Shown here piece after piece: positions 23,387 to 35,019 of a stretch of DNA of 64,000 nt. The DNA is taken from contig CM060732.1 of assembly GCA_030704615.1 (NCBI GenBank), positions 37,076,001 through 37,140,000 of the forward strand, given 5' to 3'. Position 1 is the first letter of the stretch. The number at the start of each line of letters is the position of its first letter. The notes beneath the pieces are model-generated. The model was not told where the DNA came from, searched no databases, and saw only the letters and a program-made list of their open reading frames with translations. The DNA is from Takakia lepidozioides (taxonomy: Eukaryota; Plantae; Bryophyta). Position numbers and translations under genes: made by a program.

Positions 23387-26300
23387 ATGTCTCTGAAGGC
23401 GTTCAAGGAGTCTTTGCAGACGTGTGTACGCACGCCGGGTCGTCCACTCCTCTCTCCTGGACGGGTTTGGTCTGATCAAGCGGGAGTTGAGAGGAACCTC
23501 CCCAAAACATGTCTGAGAGACCAGTTAGCCTTCCTCGATCACCTTGATGCCAACGGCCTCTCTAAACCCTCATATGTAAGCTCCACACCGTGTAGCACGC
23601 CCGTTTGTTCTGTGGTCGATGATGTGGTGGAAGGCACGAGTGTAAAATCTTGCAGTTTCGATGAAGGATTTGGAAAGCTTGCACTTGAAGCTGACGACAA
23701 ACATGAGTACGAGGAAGAAGTAGAAGGGGAGGGTGCGAGACGGGACAGTGAGGCGGGCCTTTTTATACAGTCTGACTATCAGGGTCCATATGAGCCTTTA
23801 GTGTTGTGGCCACCAGCAGGGGAGGCGACTTCACGAGGTGTTGAATCTGATAGGGTAGTGCAGGTGGCTGCGTCCATCAACAGCCGCCTTTTGGCGCATC
23901 AGCGTGAAGGCATCAAATTCCTGTATACGCTTTACAGAGAAAACCGAGGTGGCATTTTGGGAGATGACATGTGCGTTCCTTTTCTCGCTTCCATTTGGGG
24001 AGTGTAATGTGGTTAGACGATAACTTATAACTTGACATTGGAATTACATGTAGAGAGTGGACGGAGTAAGAGATACTAAGCAGCTAGCAGTGCCAGTGTT
24101 AAGAGGTGCCACTAGACAGTCTGCAGGCCTGGACTACCTATGTGCAGTTGTGGTGCTCACTTGCAACCGCCTTTTTATTGTGTCTTCTCCACACAGGGGG
24201 TTGGGGAAGACAATACAGAGCATCGCTCTGATCGCTGCAATATTGGAGAAGGATGGGGACTTGGATTGCTTGGCGGGGAATGTGCGCTCCTCCCGGTCAG
24301 GCAAAGGCGTGGCCAGTGAGGTTGACAGAAATCACAATTCTGCCAAAGTAGTGTTAATTCTGTGCCCCACTTCTGTGATTCGAAATTGGGAGCAAGAATT
24401 TCAGGCCTGGGGGGCTTTCCGAGTGGGAGTTTATCATGGATCACAGAGGGAGGGAGTGATGGCCAGAGCAGAGGCCCATGAATTAGAGGTATTTGACCTA
24501 TTCTGTCAAACTACAGGCTATTGTTCATGTCAGTAAGTGTAATTGTCCAATTTGTTGACCTTAAGTCTTTGATTGAGCTCCATGCTAGCTTGTAGGCAAT
24601 TGGTCAGCTTTGCTACTGAACTACTATTGCCAACAGGATGGGGCCATGGTGAACTCAGTGGTAACTTAGCAGGAAAGCCTGACTGCCTGACACTTGAGTT
24701 CATGTGTAAGAAGAAGTACGATTATAGAAGGTATGTTTTGGTTGGGTTTTCAGACTTGTATGTGCTGCGTGAATGGATGTTAGGTGGTGTTAACAAGCCA
24801 CGACATGTTTCGTCTCTATGGTACACTCCTTTGCTCAGTCAATTGGGACTGTGTCATTGTGGATGAGGCGCACCGACTGAAGAATGAAAAATCAAAGTTG
24901 TACCAGGCCTGCTTGAAAATGCGCACGAAGCGCCGCTTTGGCCTGACAGGAACAATAATGCAGAACAACTACACTGAGCTCTTCAATGTGTTTGATTGGG
25001 CGGCTCCAGGATGTCTGGGGGCACGCGAACACTTTCGGGAGTACTATGGTGGACCACTCAAGCAAGGGCAACGTATCAGTGCGCCCGACCGCTTTGTCAA
25101 AATTGCTGAAGAACGCAAGCAGCATCTGGTAGGTGGATATTTGTTGCTTCATCGTGGCCATTGCGGAGTTCAAGTTTGCCAACAATGGGTTAGTAGTACA
25201 AGTCAGTAGGGGTCGTTAGTATCTTAATTTGGATCATCTCCAGTTGCAACAACTGAGCAGTGACCTGTAGTTATTATCCAGGGGACATGGGCACTAAAGC
25301 TTGCATGCAAATGGCGGTCAGTAAACAAATTTCTGCCTCGGGAGGCTCTATAGGGTAGCCACAAGGTGTGCGGCAGCATGATGCACAGTGCATCAGTATT
25401 CTTATCATCTGCATATCTTTCATGTATAATTGTGCGATGGCAACACAACATCCTCTGCCTATATTTAACAGATCCTACTTGCTTTGGAACCAGTGTTATC
25501 ATTTTCTGGTAATGAAGGTACATACTTTGATACACAGAATATGTGGTAATGAAATTGTTACTTGATTTAGGTCAGATCAGGGAGACTTTCAATGATATCG
25601 ACAACAACTGACTAGACGTGGACCTTTCCAGGTGAAAGTGCTGAGCCGACATCTTCTGCGGCGAACCAAGCAAGAAACAATTGGGCATCTGATGCTGGGA
25701 AAGGAGGACAATGTGGTCTTCTGTGCCATGAGTGCAGTCCAGCGTCGAGTATACCAGCGGTTGCTTGAGAGCCCAGATTTTCAGCTACTGGTTAGCAAGG
25801 ATTTGCCATGTAGCTGTGGCAGCCACTTGTCACGCGTGGAGTGTTGCCACCGCATTGCATGTGATGGGGTCATTTGGTCCTACTTACACCGTGACAGTCC
25901 TGATGGCTGCGAGTACTGTCCATTTTGCCTTGTTCTTCCATGCTTGACTAAGCTACAGCAGGTTGGTTCCGATCCGCAATGCATGTGGCTCCATGTTTCT
26001 ATCATTTCTGTGTCTATTTTGCAAGGCATTGGTGTCCTGTTTTTAGGAACAAGTACAGGAAGTGTGTCCAACAGATGAATGATAGACACCAGCTCTGTAC
26101 TCAGCAACTTGGGGCAGAAATCATGATGTCTGATGGCACCTGATGTCTATCTATCTCACCTTCAGTTCCGTCAATCTGTTGTGTGAATTAGCAATCACAC
26201 GTCCATTGTGTAATCACGTTATTGCCTTGAAATGGGCATATAGGTGAGCAACCATTTGGAGCTACTCAAACCAAATCCAAAAGATGACCCAGAGAAACAG

Positions 26301-29300
26301 GAAAAGGATGAGAAATTTGCAGCAGCTGCATTGGGGGAGGATGCTGAGCTGGTAGGGGGGCTTAGACAGGATGAGAGCTTTCTGGGTCTCAGTGACTCCC
26401 AGCATTGTGGCAAAATGCGAGCCCTTGAAAAGCTGCTGGCCTCCTGGATCCCTGGAGGTGACAAAGTGCTACTCTTCAGCTACTCCGTCAAGTGGGTCTC
26501 CTTCTTTGCTCATTGTTGAAGTCTGGTTGGTCATATATGTATTGACTGGAGGGTTGGATGTATGCATGGCGCATTACTGTGGACTCACAAGATTTCTTCC
26601 AGGCAAACTATCTCCTTGCGCCCAAGTTGCTCTGACAATTGATTTATGGTGCTGATTGTAGTTATTTTATAAGACTTGCTTAAATATGCTTGTTGTGTGC
26701 AGTCCGTTTCTACCACTGTTAAGAATTTGCATAGCGCCGGTAAACTTGAATTGCTTTTCTTCAGCACAATCTCATTCCTATTACATGACTTCACACAAAC
26801 TCTAAACCTCTAGCACTGAAACAAAGAATCTGCTATAAGAAGGAATCCCTGTTTTTTAGGCCATGTATTCATGGGTAGTTTACACTCTCGAGTGCCTTCT
26901 CTGGGTGTTGCCAGACTGCAATTGAGTTCTGAAGCTATGGATCCTTGTCTTCGTTTTTTTAAGAATGTACTCTTTGACCCCGTGGGGAACTAACCCTCCT
27001 GGAGCCTTTGTGGGGTCCGCACCCACCATTCTTGTACTTCTTCTTTTTAGATCTATCAGCGATACATCTTCTGAGTGCATTTTGAGTTTACATGAATGAT
27101 GATGAAATCAACATATTGCAGTACTTGGACTGATATGTACCTGATGTGAAATATTCTGCTATCTTTCTGAATCCTTTTCATTCAGAAGTTGTTTTATAGC
27201 ACTTTATGTATCTGGAGGTCATCGGACGATGATAGAAATACCCAATCGTAGGACACCTTCTTACACCGCTTCGGCTGTGGATGAGAGTGACTGTATTCTG
27301 ATGATGACATCCGGCTGTTGCTCATGCTATTGTGTGTCTCCTGTGTCTCTCTCTCAATGTTTTTCATAGTTTGATGGTTCGTGGGACACTCTCTAGTGAT
27401 GATCAAGCAAATATTTATGTTTTATTTATTTGCGTCAAGCAATGAGGAGATTATTGGAGACCTGAACTGAAGAGAGTTCTTTTAGTTCTTTTCTGTTTTA
27501 TTTTGGTTCTCTGGTTTTGGTTTGTGGCTGTGCTTTTGTTGTGATCTGGGTGGTGTCAGTTGTCAGCCTGCAGCAGTGTTCATTTTATTTTTTTGGTCTA
27601 TCTACTGTGACTGGCGTCAGCATTGTGATGGCATTCTTCTCTCTTCTTGAGTGGAAAAGTGAAGGCTCCATGTAGCAAGGTTGCATATTCCGTTACCTTG
27701 GGGAGCATCGTCGCTGCCTTCACCCTTTGGGACAGACCATGCAATCTACGTTTCAACAGTTAGACGAGTTAGTGCATGTGTGGGGGTTTGTGTGTACAGC
27801 ATGTCCTAGTATAGCACATAAATCCCTGTTGCTATTAGTGAGAGGTGAGAGGGAGGAAAAGTGTTAAGATGATGGAGAATGAGTGGGTAATATAATAGGG
27901 AAGGGTGGTGTTTGGATCATGGTTAATTCCATATTGTTGGAATTTGCAGAATGTTGGATATTCTGGAAAAGTTTTTGATACGGAAAGGTTACTGCGCTTC
28001 CCGATTGGATGGATCGACCCAAATGAGTGCACGGCAGTCCCTTGTTGATGACTTCAACAACAGCCCTAGCAAGCAGGTGACTTTTACAAGTCTTCACTGT
28101 TGACTTTAGCATCACTTCTTATTTTTCCAGAGGTTATTTGTGGCTTCGTTGCAGTTACAGGGAGGCTTCCTGAAGTCCGGCCCATCACTGTACAGAAAAT
28201 ATGGAAGGAGTTTGTGCTCATAAGCTAAAATCATCATTTGTGGTGGGAATGACTTAATACCTTTCTCTTGCAGTGGGTATTGCAATAATGCTTTTTGGTG
28301 GTGGTGTCGTTAAGTGCTACAATGATGTCTTGTGCAATGGGCTGGCGTCTGGAATACAGGTGTTCTTAATATCGACGAAAGCAGGAGGACTTGGTCTAAA
28401 TCTGGTGAGTGCAAACAGGGTGGTCATCTTTGATCCAAACTGGAACCCAGCACAAGATCTTCAGGCCCAGGACCGTTCTTTCCGATATGGGCAGCGGCGG
28501 CATGTCACTGTGTTTCGGTTGCTGGCCGCTGGATCTTTGGAGGAGCTTGTCTACTCTCGGCAAATTTACAAACAACAACTTTTCAACATCGGGGTCAATG
28601 GCACCTTTGAGAAACGTTATTTTGAGGGAGTGCAGGTAGATAAACTCTCCAGCTGTCCCCCTATTGTTTGATTTGCACCCTTGCCTGGTGAGAGGTTGGT
28701 TCCCTTGTTTGTTTGACCTATTTTGCTACCCAGAAGGTGCGTTTAGAAGAGTTATGGACAAAAAATGAGGTGGTGGGTGAATTGTTTCTGACAAAGTGAT
28801 TTTTGGGAAGGTGTAATCAGGCTTCTGTCTGTTGAGTGTAATGAGTCCTCCACCTTGGTGGAACCAGGTCATCTCCCAAGATGACTTCTTGGCTGTCTTC
28901 TTCCACAACATGTGGCATTTGACTTATCCATATCGATTTATGGCATATGCTGATAGGTGCAGTATCCTACGCTGGTAAATGAACTTCTTAAAAGGTGCTT
29001 AGAGGCAAAGCTTGAAAGTATATGAATGCTTGGTTCTCTGGTTAACCTTGAAAGTCTTAATATGCAGGATTCCAAGGACTACAAGGGTGAGCTCTTTGGC
29101 ATCAGCAATCTGTTTCGGGACCTGTCAGATGAAGTATTCACCAGTGACATCATAGAAAAGCATGACGAAAGGCTGCTCAGGAACCAGCCTTATTTGGCTG
29201 TCTGTGATGCTGGAAGTACCCATCCTGGTCAGAGTAGAAGAGTACACAGCAGGGAGGATGACAAACTTGAACAGCATCTTAACATAAGATCATATGGAGA

Positions 29301-30267
29301 GGGTGAGGGTACATCTAATGACAAAGATGTGGAGTCCATGGATGGGGACTGTGAAGTAAGAAGTGACAACAAAAGTAGGAGGAGACCAAGATTTGTGGAA
29401 CAAGAATTGGCTCCTTTGTTAACGGATGCAGGTACGCTTCTAATCACAAGCTATGGAGAGTGCTTATGACTGAACAACCCCATGTGAGAGTATCTAATCA
29501 ATAGCATGTGGAAAACTGCAATAGTGCTGTAGGTCTACTCTGGCTATGTCTAATCTCATGGCCATGGCTTGGAATACTACTGTTAACCAAGGATGATATT
29601 GTGTGATATTGAATCGCAGCATATTCTTCTACTCTGAACTCATTCATTGGACAGATCTTGTTCACTCGTTTATAGTAGTTTAGAATTGCCAACCATGAAT
29701 TGAAACTCTTAATCTGAACAAGTAAGATCTCATTGATTGCCTTTCACAAGGATCTTACTACTTTGCTGTGTGGTTTAATAAAGAAGGTTCATGCTGAAGA
29801 GTGATGATGCAAAGATTGAGTTGTTGGCAGGTGTGGTGTATACTCATCGGAACGAGGAGGTGGTTAACATTGGAGCACTGCCAAGCAGGCGTCTGAAATC
29901 CAAGGGTACTGAACTTTCCGCGGTTGAGAATACCTCCAAGAAACAGCGGGTTCAACTACCCAAAGCCCTTCTGGGGAGCCCAAAAGTAGGCAACACTGGT
30001 CCTTCAGGTAGGAAGAAGGCTGTACCAAAGGGGACGAAAAAGGGGATTGGGCAACCAAAAAGTGCTTTGCCTGTTGTTCTACAACAAACAGCAGATGGAG
30101 CAAGAAGGGGAGAAACTGGAGACGTGCCTGCCCTGGATAAGAGCAGGCGGTTTGAAGAGCTTGCCAAGTTCAAAGGTATGGATGCGACAACATTCAGCAA
30201 GTGGCTGCTATTGATCACTTCTGAACAACGAGCACAGTTGCTCTCTGATTTTAAGGAAAGACAATAA
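23387..30267 (+). CDS. CHR9: SNF2-family ATPase, SWI2/CHR9 (ERCC6L2-like) type; exons 23387-23970, 24197-24488, 24784-25128, 25632-25961, 26244-26491, 27950-28076, 28360-28635, 29068-29431, 29831-30267
   Basis: GGILGDDM/GLGKTIQ (motif I), CPTSVIRNWEQEF, IVDEAHRLKN, LTGTIMQN, Cys-rich insert CSCGSHLSRVECC...CEYCPFC, RLDGST, ISTKAGGLGLNL, DPNWNPAQDLQAQDRSFRYGQ. N-terminus MSLKAFKESL. Confidence 0.93.
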
Positions 30268-31139
30268 GGACTGCATCTCAATTAAATTGTCGACTGTACA
30301 TATTTGAGAAACGTCACTTCATGAGATATCCCCACATCCTGCACCGGTCACAGATATGTAAGGCTAGGATTCATCAGACTGTTTCCATTCATTTGCAATG
30401 GGGTTGTACATTAATGGACGTCACAGTGCCATTTTGTAATCTAGTAATTGCAAGGCAACTTGCCTTCTGCTTATGTTCAATGCTGTGGATTCTGGGAAAG
30501 GTGTCATGAAAGTATTAAAAGTGTTGCTCAGCATCTTGATGGTCAATTATTGACAGTAGGAAGCACCATCAGTGTGGCTTGACGTCACCTTCAGCCAGGC
30601 TGTCTTGTTCTCATGGAGCAGCTAAGTTCACGCTTCTGTTGTGTTTAGATGTCCTTTATAAACTCTCTCTCTCTCTCCATGTAGCTGAGCTGGGGGGATA
30701 AGCTAAACCCTGGTGGGTGCGAACCCCTGGTGGGCCTGTAACGATGTTGTATCCACAGCTGGTCTGTCTAGGGTTGAAATCTTTCTTTTCAGCAAACCAT
30801 GTCATGAGAGCAATACTAGGATACTAGGATGTATGTGTAAGTCAGCAAACACGAACAAAGGCACTAGTGTACCTGACGTTTAATACCATGCAAGTGGCGG
30901 GCTCTTTGTGATTCCATCAATCATGCAAGTAGCTTTGGAGGTTAGCAGTAGATCTGTGAAAGCACAAGAGGTTCCAAAACTGCAGAGTAGATGAGAAAGC
31001 AAGAGAATTTACTCATGCGCAGAGTTGTGGCCATAGACTCTACGCCCAGACACGAGGAAACAGACACTACCTTTTCGAGTGGCACACTGCGCTGGTAGGA
31101 CTTACCTTGCTATGAACAAGTTTGGGCTTTCAAGATATC

Positions 31140-31350
31140 TTCTAGAAAGCCCTTTACAGAAGCATCTATTTGCTGTGTGTGAGCTGCCCTGCAATTCGAG
31201 CCCAGGGCTTTAGGTTCAGCCTCAAGATCATCAAAGTTGGCAAACAGAGGTGCAGGAACAATGTTCTTCATGTTCCTCTCTGCATCTGTTTGTTGTTCAA
31301 AGGTAGGATCCCTACGTCCCTAGTCCCTACCTAATTTCAGAAACAGGAGA
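31140..31350. repeat. Dispersed repeat family, copy 2 (internally deleted)
   Basis: GTGTGAGCTGCCC...GCAATT...GGGCTTTAGGTTCAGCCTCAAGAT and CATCTGTTTGTTGTTCAAAGGTAGG match the copies at 20.5 kb and 49.4 kb. Confidence 0.7.
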
Positions 31351-31488
31351 GAAACACTTTGTGGTCTATCTGTACAGGGCCCCGCATTACACAGCTTCAA
31401 TCCTAAGATTTGGGGTAGTTAGGTACTCATCCACATCAGCGTGATCACGTAGCCAACGTGGAGAATCGTTTGAAGCCAAATCGCAATG

Positions 31489-34400
31489 CCAAGCATTGGA
31501 TGGGGCCCTGGAGCGTGGACCCCCCGCCATCCCACGCCCACCCCCCTCCATCGCCCGCAAAGCGCGCTGCCGCGCGGCACGCCCTCCTGCGCCTCATGTT
31601 CCCGCTGCCTCCCGCATCCCCATCCTACCCTCATGCATGGCATAGCCCATGCATGCCATTGCATGTAAAATGATGAGGGTAGGTGGAGAATACACGTATC
31701 AGCTCTTGCTTTCGTTGCTTGGCATACCGTGTCCTGTTGTGCACGACGATTTTGTGGGCAGCAGTGGGCAATCCTGCTACGATTGAGGATGTGGTCGCTG
31801 TGTTCAGAGGTTGCAACGCTTGCGCTCCAAACGTTTCTTGCGTGCAGGTCATTATTATCGCTCCAAAACGATCGACTTTGTCGTTTGTCTTCTCCGGATC
31901 TTCATTCTACTCTTCCTCCAAGTTGTACTTTGTGGATGAGTGAGTTATGCAATGAGCATTTGAAACCCAATCGTTCTTTGTTGGTTCTTTCACATATATT
32001 GAATGCGTAGGTTCACAAATCTGCATATTGTGACTCAGGTCTCCTTTTCTCACTATAGTAGTTAGCAAAGTGCAAAAATGGGCCTGTTTTGCTAGTTTTG
32101 GGCACTTCATGCAAGCTTTTACATGGAGCTAAAGTGAAGAGTGGGTTTCATATGGAGCTAAGGTGAAGAGTTTGTTATTTTGCTAATACTTTCGGGACCT
32201 GGGGAGACTGGTAAGGCATAAAGCTGCCGACTTTGCAATTTTTGATTCATGTTGTATTACAAAGAATTGAAGGTGACCTCGGGCATCACTTTCCATAAGT
32301 CAATAGCTCGCTCCAGGGATGTGTACATATGTTCTATTGTTTTTTTTCCTTCCATAACAACTTAGGTTACTACTTTGGTCCATGATCACTCTCCATATTG
32401 ACATATTTCATATTATATGCAGTCCATTCATGATGTTTTGGGGTTTAGGGTTTAGGATAAATGACATGCACACCATTGTCAGAGGTTTAGGGTTGGGTTC
32501 AGTTGCAGCTATGCATACAATTACAGTTCGCATCATTTATACCTTGCTGTGGATTTATGCTAGGCATTGGCTGTGTAGGTTTTCACGCTGCTACAAGTGC
32601 TGGCAGACGTAGCTATCACGACGAAGGAGAGCAAAATGATAGAGAACCGGAGGGAATACTGATGAATACGAGTCCCTCATATGCGAGGCTACACAAGGGC
32701 AAGGGTCCATGAACCTGGTGCGTCAAAGCTGAAAAACTCTGTTAAACTCTGTTAAAGAAGATGATTCAAACATATGAAGCTGAAAAACTAGCTACATTTT
32801 TAAAAAGCTGCTAGAAGATATTAGCCACTTGCTTGAGCTTCCTGTGAATCACTGGCAAAAGAAAGACACAACCCCAAAGACAACAAATGATCTGTTCATA
32901 CAAACTATGTGCGCTCCCATTCTTAATTAAATGTACAATTGATTTGTGTCTCCATATGCACCATTTCCATAATGTGTTGCTGTAAACTCCATCTCATTGA
33001 TTAGGCACCTATGGTCATCTACTGTCTCTCACAATCCTCCAAAGGTGCCTGCTCTCTGGCAGCCAGCCCATGGAGGTCATTGCAAGAAAATTTGGTGATT
33101 GCATTGCTGATGTAATTCCAAGATGAGCCCCATGGTCACCAGGGACCAAACTAGTAAGCCTTACAGACCAACGTGGGTAACTGATTTATGTATCACAACA
33201 ATTTCCTTGCCAACTAATATAAATCCATGTTATAGATACCAACTCATTTTGAACTCTTTGAGCCATGTTGGTGGCGTTTGGAACCAAAAGTGATAGTGCA
33301 TGGTGACTTACCGCTGCCCAGAACGTGAGTGGCAACAAGGGGTCAAAGCACGATCTTTTTCATCAAGCCAATGCTTGGACCCTTCAAACCCAGTAACAAA
33401 CCAGCCCAAGGTAGGGCCAGATGGTTTCAATCACATGTGTGTTGGTTGTAGGTTTGGTACTCATTTGGGGTTCCAAAATATGAGATTTATCTGTAGGGCA
33501 GATTCCTGAAACTGTTTGAAGACATTGGCTGTTGGCATGGTGGTCATCCATGACCCATTCCCACCAAATGTTTGCTACTGTATTCTCTATGGAATCTGGC
33601 CATATATTCTCCACGTTTCCTACAACTATCTCATGTGAGACATGAAGTCGTGAATTCTGCACATGAATTTCATGGAGGGGATCTCGGCTTGGTGAGGGTT
33701 GATGCCACAAATGGCCAACAACATGGTTGCCATTGGCAGAAGAATTGTGACGTTTGCTGCTTGGATGTCCCCAATACTCTTCCTCTGTTTGTGGGTCATC
33801 ACCTCTTCTGTGCTTCACCGGTTGCAATGAATTATAAAGAGAACAGAACCTTGGATTTCGACTACTTCATTCTTACTGCAAATAGCACATTCTGCAGACA
33901 ACACTCATAAGTCAACATGAGTGTACAGGCACTATATGCACATATGCCCTCATACTTTTTGTATGTGTTTTCATTCATAGTATGATAACTTTCAATCTTC
34001 ATTCATTCCCAATATACATTATGTACGGTGTGATTCATCCCAAAGTTGCAGTGGCTCTCCAACTTGCATGTAAAAGCAATCATGCATGCATCCATTCCAT
34101 GATTTTATATGATGACAATCGCAAGCCCTGGAGCAGCCCCACGTATATTGTTCTTAGGCATCTTCACATCCTTATGAGGATGGAATTCCATTAGTATGCA
34201 TATCATGAACACAAGCATGATATCTCAGTGGAAGCAAGGAAAACCAGACATGAGCTACCTTTTGGTCAAATAATTCAGTTGAAAACCTGTTATGGGTGCA
34301 TGATACCGACAAAAAAATGGTTTTAATGTGCCAGTTGAGCCAATGCAGCAAGTCAAAGTTGAGTCCATCACCATCTCTCCCTCCCACATTGAACAATGGG

Positions 34401-34741
34401 GGTACGCCCACCTACTATAACTAAAGCCATCACCCTCAGTGCCATGGCAGTGAGGTCAGAATTTTTGAAAGAGGGCATGATGTATGCTTGGGATACCATG
34501 TAGCATGGGAAGGATGAAGGCATGTAGGGGGGATGGAGCGTGATGCCATGCATGAGGGCGGGATGGGAGGAGGGATGGGGATGCGGGAGAGGGCTCGTCT
34601 CATGTCCTGGCGGCGGGAACATGAGGCACGGGAGGCCGCGCGGCAGCGGCCGCGCGGTGTGCGGGCGTGGGGTGGCGGGGGGTCCACGCTGGCTGAACCG
34701 GCTCCCTCGCATTCAACTCCAGAGCCCCATCTAATGCTTGG
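31489..34741 (-). mobile_element. Degraded TIR DNA transposon with ~200-bp GC-rich terminal inverted repeats and 5-bp TSD (CAATG); possible hAT-like transposase relic
   Basis: Left end CCAAGCATT(G)GATGGGGC at 31489; right end GCCCCATC(T)AATGCTTGG ending at 34741. Inverted homology continues about 170-210 bp (GCGTGGACCCCCCGCC, GCCTCATGTTCCCGC, CTCATGCATGGCAT). CAATG lies at 31484-31488 and 34742-34746. Strand is inferred from weak peptide remnants. Confidence 0.8.
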
Positions 34742-35019
34742 CAATGGGAATCACACTGTTTGCATGCGCCCCCCCAAACAGATGCGGGCGCATCTCCGTC
34801 TTTTTGTGTCCCAAATTCCAATACGTACCTCATCGATCCACTGTCTGATCTACGTCCGCAGATCGCAATGCACGTGGTAATGGTAGGAAGGAGCGAGGAA
34901 TCATCGCAATCTTTAATAAGAGTTTAAGGTTGCAGATTTGGGTCTTCAGTAATTTTAGCTGGGAGGAAGAGGACAAGAGAGAGAGAGAGAAGAGAAGGGA
35001 GGGGGAGAGGAGCAGCGAC

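Noticed and set aside
23012-23479. 155-aa minus-strand ORF and the many other short ORFs overlapping genes or LINEs
   Set aside because: They are antisense or off-frame shadows of real genes, UTRs or elements, with no recognisable motifs.
32440-32497. Interstitial telomere
   Set aside because: Only two to three TTTAGGG-like units inside a transposon; too short to indicate a fusion site.
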